This document shows positions 59,101 through 64,000 of a DNA stretch of 64,000 bases, piece by piece (the stretch's first letter is position 1; each line of letters opens with the position of its first letter). The notes under the pieces were generated by a model. That model did no database searches. It saw only the letters and a program-made list of their open reading frames with translations, and was not told the origin of the DNA. This stretch comes from the human T2T-CHM13v2.0 reference genome, Homo sapiens: assembly GCF_009914755.1 (NCBI RefSeq), contig NC_060927.1. One strand, written 5' to 3'. The position numbers were made by a program, and so were the translations under genes.

Positions 59101-62100
59101 TATGAAATTACAGCAAATATATATTATATTAGGTACATAAAATATGAAAGTACATCAAATATAGATTATATACTGTACATTAAATACCAAAGTACCCCAA
59201 ATATATATTTTATACTATACATGAAATATCAAAGTTCACAAACTATATATTATATACTGTACATAAAATATCAATGTACCCAAGGTATATATTCTATACT
59301 GCACAAAAAATATCAAAGTACCCAAAGCATGTATTATATACTGTATATAAAATATGAAAGTACATCAAATATATATTTTATTCTGTACATAAAATATCAA
59401 AGTACACAAGATATATATTCTAATGTGTACATAAAATATCAAAGTACCCAAACTATACATTATATACTGTACATAAAATATGAAATTACATCAAATATAT
59501 ATTATATTAGGTACATAAAATACGAAAGTACATCAAATATAGATTATATACTGTACATAAAATATCAAAGTACCCCAATATATATTATATACTGTACATG
59601 AAATATCAAAGTTCACAAACTATATATTATGTACTGTACATAAAATATCAAAGTACCCAAGGTATATATTCTATACTCTACAAAAAATATCAAAGTACCC
59701 AAAGCATGTATTATAAAATGTACATAAAATATGGAAGTACATCAAATATATATTTTATTCTGTACATAAAATATCAAAGAACACCAGACATATATTCTAT
59801 AGTGTACATAAAATATCAAAGTACCCAAACTATACATTATATACTGTACATAAAATATGAAATTACATCATATATATATTAGGAACATAAAATATGAAAG
59901 TACATCAAATATATATTTTATTCTGTACATAAAATATCAAAGTACACCAGATATATATTCTATAGTGTACATAAAATAACAAAGTACACAAACTATAAAT
60001 TATATACTGTACATAAAATATGAAATTACATCAAATATATATTAGGTACATAAAATATGAAAGTACATCAAATATAGATTATATACTGTACATATAATAT
60101 CAATGTACCCGAAATATATATTTTATACTCTACATGAAATATCAAAGTTCACAAACCATATATTGTATACTGCACATAAAATATCAAAATACCCAATGTA
60201 TATATTCTATACTGTACAAAAAATATCAAAGTACCCAAAGCAGGTATTATATACTGTACATAAAATATGAAAGTACATCAAATATATATTTTATTCTGTA
60301 CATAAAATATCAAAGTACACCAGATATATATTCTATAGTGTACATAAAATATCAAAGTACCCAAACTATACATTATATACTGTACATAAAATATGAAATT
60401 ACATCAAATATATATTATATTAGGTACATAAAATACGAAAGTACATCAAATATAGATTATATACTGTACATAAAATATCAAAGTACCCCAATATATATTA
60501 TATACTGTATATGAAATATCAAAGTTCACAAACTATATATTATATACTGTACATAAAATATCAAAGTACCCAAGGTATATATTCTATAGTGTACAAAAAA
60601 TATCAAAGTACCCAAAGCATGTATTATATACCGTACATAAAATATAAAATTACATCAAATATATATTTTATTCTGTACATAAAATATCAAAGTACACCAG
60701 ATATATATTCTATAGTGTACATAAAATATCAAAGTACCCAAACTATACATTATACACTGTACATAAAATATGAAATTACATCAAATATATATTCGGTACA
60801 TAAAATATGAAAGTACATCAAATATAGATTATATACTGTAAATATAATATCAATGTACCCCAAATATATATTTTATACTCTACATGAAATATCAAAGTTC
60901 ACAAACCATATATTATATACTGTACATAAAATATCAAAGTACCCAAGGTATATATTCTATACTGTACAAAAAATATCAAAGTACCGAAAGCATGTATTAT
61001 ATACTGTACATAAAATATGAAAGTACATCAAATATATATTTTATTCTGTACATAAAATATCAAAGTACACCAGATTTATATTCTATAGTGTACATAAAAT
61101 ATCAAAGTACCCAAACTATACATTATATACTGTACATAAAATATGAAATTACATCAAATATATATTATATTAGGTACATGAAATAGGAAAGAACATCAAA
61201 TATAGATTATATACTGTACATAAAATATGAAAGTACCCCAAATATATATTATATACTCTACATGAAATATCAAAGTTCACCAACTATATATTATATACTG
61301 TACATAAAATATCAAAGTACCCAAGGTATATATTCTATACTGTACAAAAAATATCAAAGTATCCAAAGCATGTATTATATACTGTATATAAAATATGAAA
61401 GTACATCAAATATATATTTTATTCTGTACATAAAATATCAAAGTACACCAGATATATATTCTATAGTGTACATAAAATATCAAAGTCCCCAAACTATACA
61501 TTATATACTGTACATAAAATATGAAATTACAGCAAATATATATTATATTAGGTACATAAAATATGAAAGTACATCAAATATAGATTATATACTGTACATT
61601 AAATACCAAAGTACCCCAAATATATATTTTATACTGTACATGAAATATCAAAGTTCACAAACTATATATTATATACTGTACATAAAATATCAATGTACCC
61701 AAGGTATATATACTATACTGCACAAAAAATATCAAAGTACCCAAAGCATGTATTATATACTGTATATAAAATATGAAAGTACATCAAATATATATTTTAT
61801 TCTGTACATAAAATATAAAAGTACACCAGATATATATTCTATAGTGTACATAAAATATCAAAGTACCCAAACTATACATTATATACTGTACATAAAATAT
61901 GAAATTACATCAAATATATATTATATTAGGTACATAAAATACGAAAGTACATCAAATATAGATTATATACTGTACATAAAATATCAAAGTACCCCAATAT
62001 ATATTATATACTGTACATGAAATATCAAAGTTCACAAACTATATATTATGTACTGTACATAAAATATCAAAGTACCCAAGGTATATATTCTATATTGTAC

Positions 62101-64000
62101 AAAAAATATCAAAGTACCCAAAGCATGTATTATATAATGTACATAAAATATGAAAGTACATCAAATATATATTTTATTCTGTACATAAAATATCAAAGAA
62201 CACCAGATATATATTCTATAGTGTACATAAAATATCAAAGTACCCAAAGTATACATTATATACTGTACATAAAATATGAAATTACATCATATATATATTA
62301 GGTACATAAAATATGAAAGTACATCAAATATATATTTTATTCTGTACATAAAATATCAAAGTACACCAGATATATATTCTATAGTGTACATAAAATAACA
62401 AAGTACACAAACTATAAATTATATACTGTACATAAAATATGAAATTACATCAAATATATATTAGGTACATAAAATATGAAAGTACATCAAATATAGATTA
62501 TATACTGTACATATAATATCAATGTACCCGAAATATATATTTTATACTCTACATGAAATATCAAAGTTCACAAACCATATATTGTATACTGCACATAAAA
62601 TATCAAAATACCCAAGGTATATATTCTATACTGTACAAAAAATATCAAAGTACCCAAAGCAGGTATTATATACTGTACATAAAATATGAAAGTACATCAA
62701 ATATATATTTTATTCTGTACATAAAATATCAAAGTACACCAGATATATATTCTATAGCGTACATAAAATATCAAAGTACACAAACTATACATTATATACT
62801 GTACATAAAATATGAAATTACATCAAATATATATTATATTAGGTACATAAAATATGAAAGTACATCAAATATAGATTATATACTGTAAATATAATATCAA
62901 TGTACCCCAAATATATATTTTATACTCTACATGAAATATCAAAGTTCACAAACCATATATTATATACTGTACATAAAATATCAAAGTACCCAAGGTATAT
63001 ATTCTATACTGTACAAAAAATATCAAAGTACCCAAAGCATGTATTATATACTGTACATAAAATATGAAAGTACATCAAATATATATTTTATTCTGTACAT
63101 AAAATATCAAAGTACACCAGATATATATTCTATAGTGTACATAAAATATCAAAGTACCCAAACTATACATTATATACTGTACATAAAATATGAAATTACA
63201 TCAAATATATATTATATTAGGTAAATGAAATATGAAAGTACATCAAATATAGATTATATACTGTACATAAAATATGAAAGTACCCCAAATATATATTATA
63301 TACTCTACATGAAATATCAAAGTTCACAAACTATATATTATATACTGTACATAAAATATCAAAGTACCCAAGGTATATATTCTATAGTGTACAAAAAATA
63401 TCAAAGTATCCAAAGCATGTATTATATACTGTATATAAAATATGAAAGTACATCAAATATATATTTTATTCTGTACATAAAATATCAAAGTACACCAGAT
63501 ATATATACTATAGTGTACATAAAATATCAAAGTACCCAAACTATACATTATATACTGTACATAAAATATGAAATTACAGCAAATATATATTATATTAGGT
63601 ACATAAAATATGAAAGTACATCAAATATAGATTATATACTCTACATTAAATACCAAAGTACCCCAAATATATATTTTATACTGTACATGAAATATCAAAG
63701 TTCACAAACTATATATTATATACTGTACATAAAATATCAATGTACCCAAGGTATATATTCTATACTGCACAAAAAATATCAAAGTACCCAAAGCATGTAT
63801 TATATACTGTATATAAAATATGAAAGTACATCAAATATATATTTTATTCTGTACATAAAATATCAAAGTACACCAGATATATATTCTATAGTGTACATAA
63901 AATATCAAAGTACCCAAACTATACATTATATACTGTACATAAAATATGAAATTACATCAAATATATATTATATTAGGTACATAAAATACGAAAGTACATC
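53128..64000 (+). repeat. Macro-duplication copy 2 (truncated by window end)
   Basis: Matches 340..11212 at a constant offset of 52,788. The window end AAAGTACATC corresponds to position 11212. Confidence 0.93.

Larger units (their letters stand above)
1..64000 (+). repeat. HSat1A (SAR / human classical Satellite I) tandem array: 42-bp monomer organised as a 378-bp 9-mer higher-order repeat
   Basis: Seen: the GTACATAAAATAT(C/G)AAA core recurs every 42 bp from start to end. GTAC sites split the monomer into alternating 17- and 25-bp pieces. Diagnostic monomers recur every 378 bp (e.g. ATGAAATATCAAAGTTCAC at 1323 and 1701, 8096 and 8474, 9765 and 10143). Established: HSat1A is described as an AT-rich 42-bp (17+25 bp RsaI subunit) satellite with a 378-bp 9-mer periodicity. 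The chromosome cannot be assigned from this window. Confidence 0.95.

Noticed and set aside
20-63224. More than 150 ORFs (62-364 aa) with MKYQSSQTIYYILYIK-type repeats
   Set aside because: They are translations of the satellite in its stop-poor frame. Starts and stops are set by random variants and indels, and there is no unique domain or gene structure.
1-64000. CRISPR-like alternation of a conserved 17-bp element with variable 25-bp segments
   Set aside because: The 25-bp segments are homologous to each other and cycle every nine units rather than being unique spacers. There is no leader and no cas genes.
1-64000. Abundant TATA-like and occasional AATAAA motifs
   Set aside because: Expected by chance in such AT-rich repeats. 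There is no evidence of promoter or polyadenylation function.
1-64000. Alpha satellite/CENP-B boxes, HSat2/3 (CATTC) or telomeric repeats
   Set aside because: There is no 171-bp period, CENP-B box or CATTC runs. TTAGG occurs only once per HOR and is not tandem.
1-64000. Assignment to a specific chromosome or haplotype
   Set aside because: HSat1A occurs on several chromosomes and the window has no unique flank. Assignment would need a k-mer search against T2T assemblies.

Overview
The whole 64-kb window is one uninterrupted, single-orientation, very AT-rich tandem satellite array. The basic unit is a 42-bp monomer, made of a 17-bp GTACATAAAATATCAAA subunit plus a 25-bp GTACCCAAACTATATATTATATACT subunit. 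Nine monomer variants form a 378-bp higher-order repeat (HOR). This matches human (or great-ape) classical satellite 1A (HSat1A / SAR / Satellite I). I see no genes, RNA genes, CRISPR array or transposon insertions. All ORFs in the track are artefacts: a repeat whose period is divisible by 3 happens to have one stop-free frame. The informative signal is the nested structure. An apparently identical 52,788-bp macro-duplication has its left breakpoint inside the window (~340 / ~53128). There is also a ~4,836-bp tandem super-repeat, 2,419-bp and 499-bp local duplications, dispersed copies at 6,785-, ~16,067-, 21,417- and 35,514-bp offsets, and a small recurring vocabulary of HOR structural variants. 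I found no evidence of a new gene system. Offsets were derived by hand from ORF-track coordinates and shared rare variants, so boundaries are approximate.
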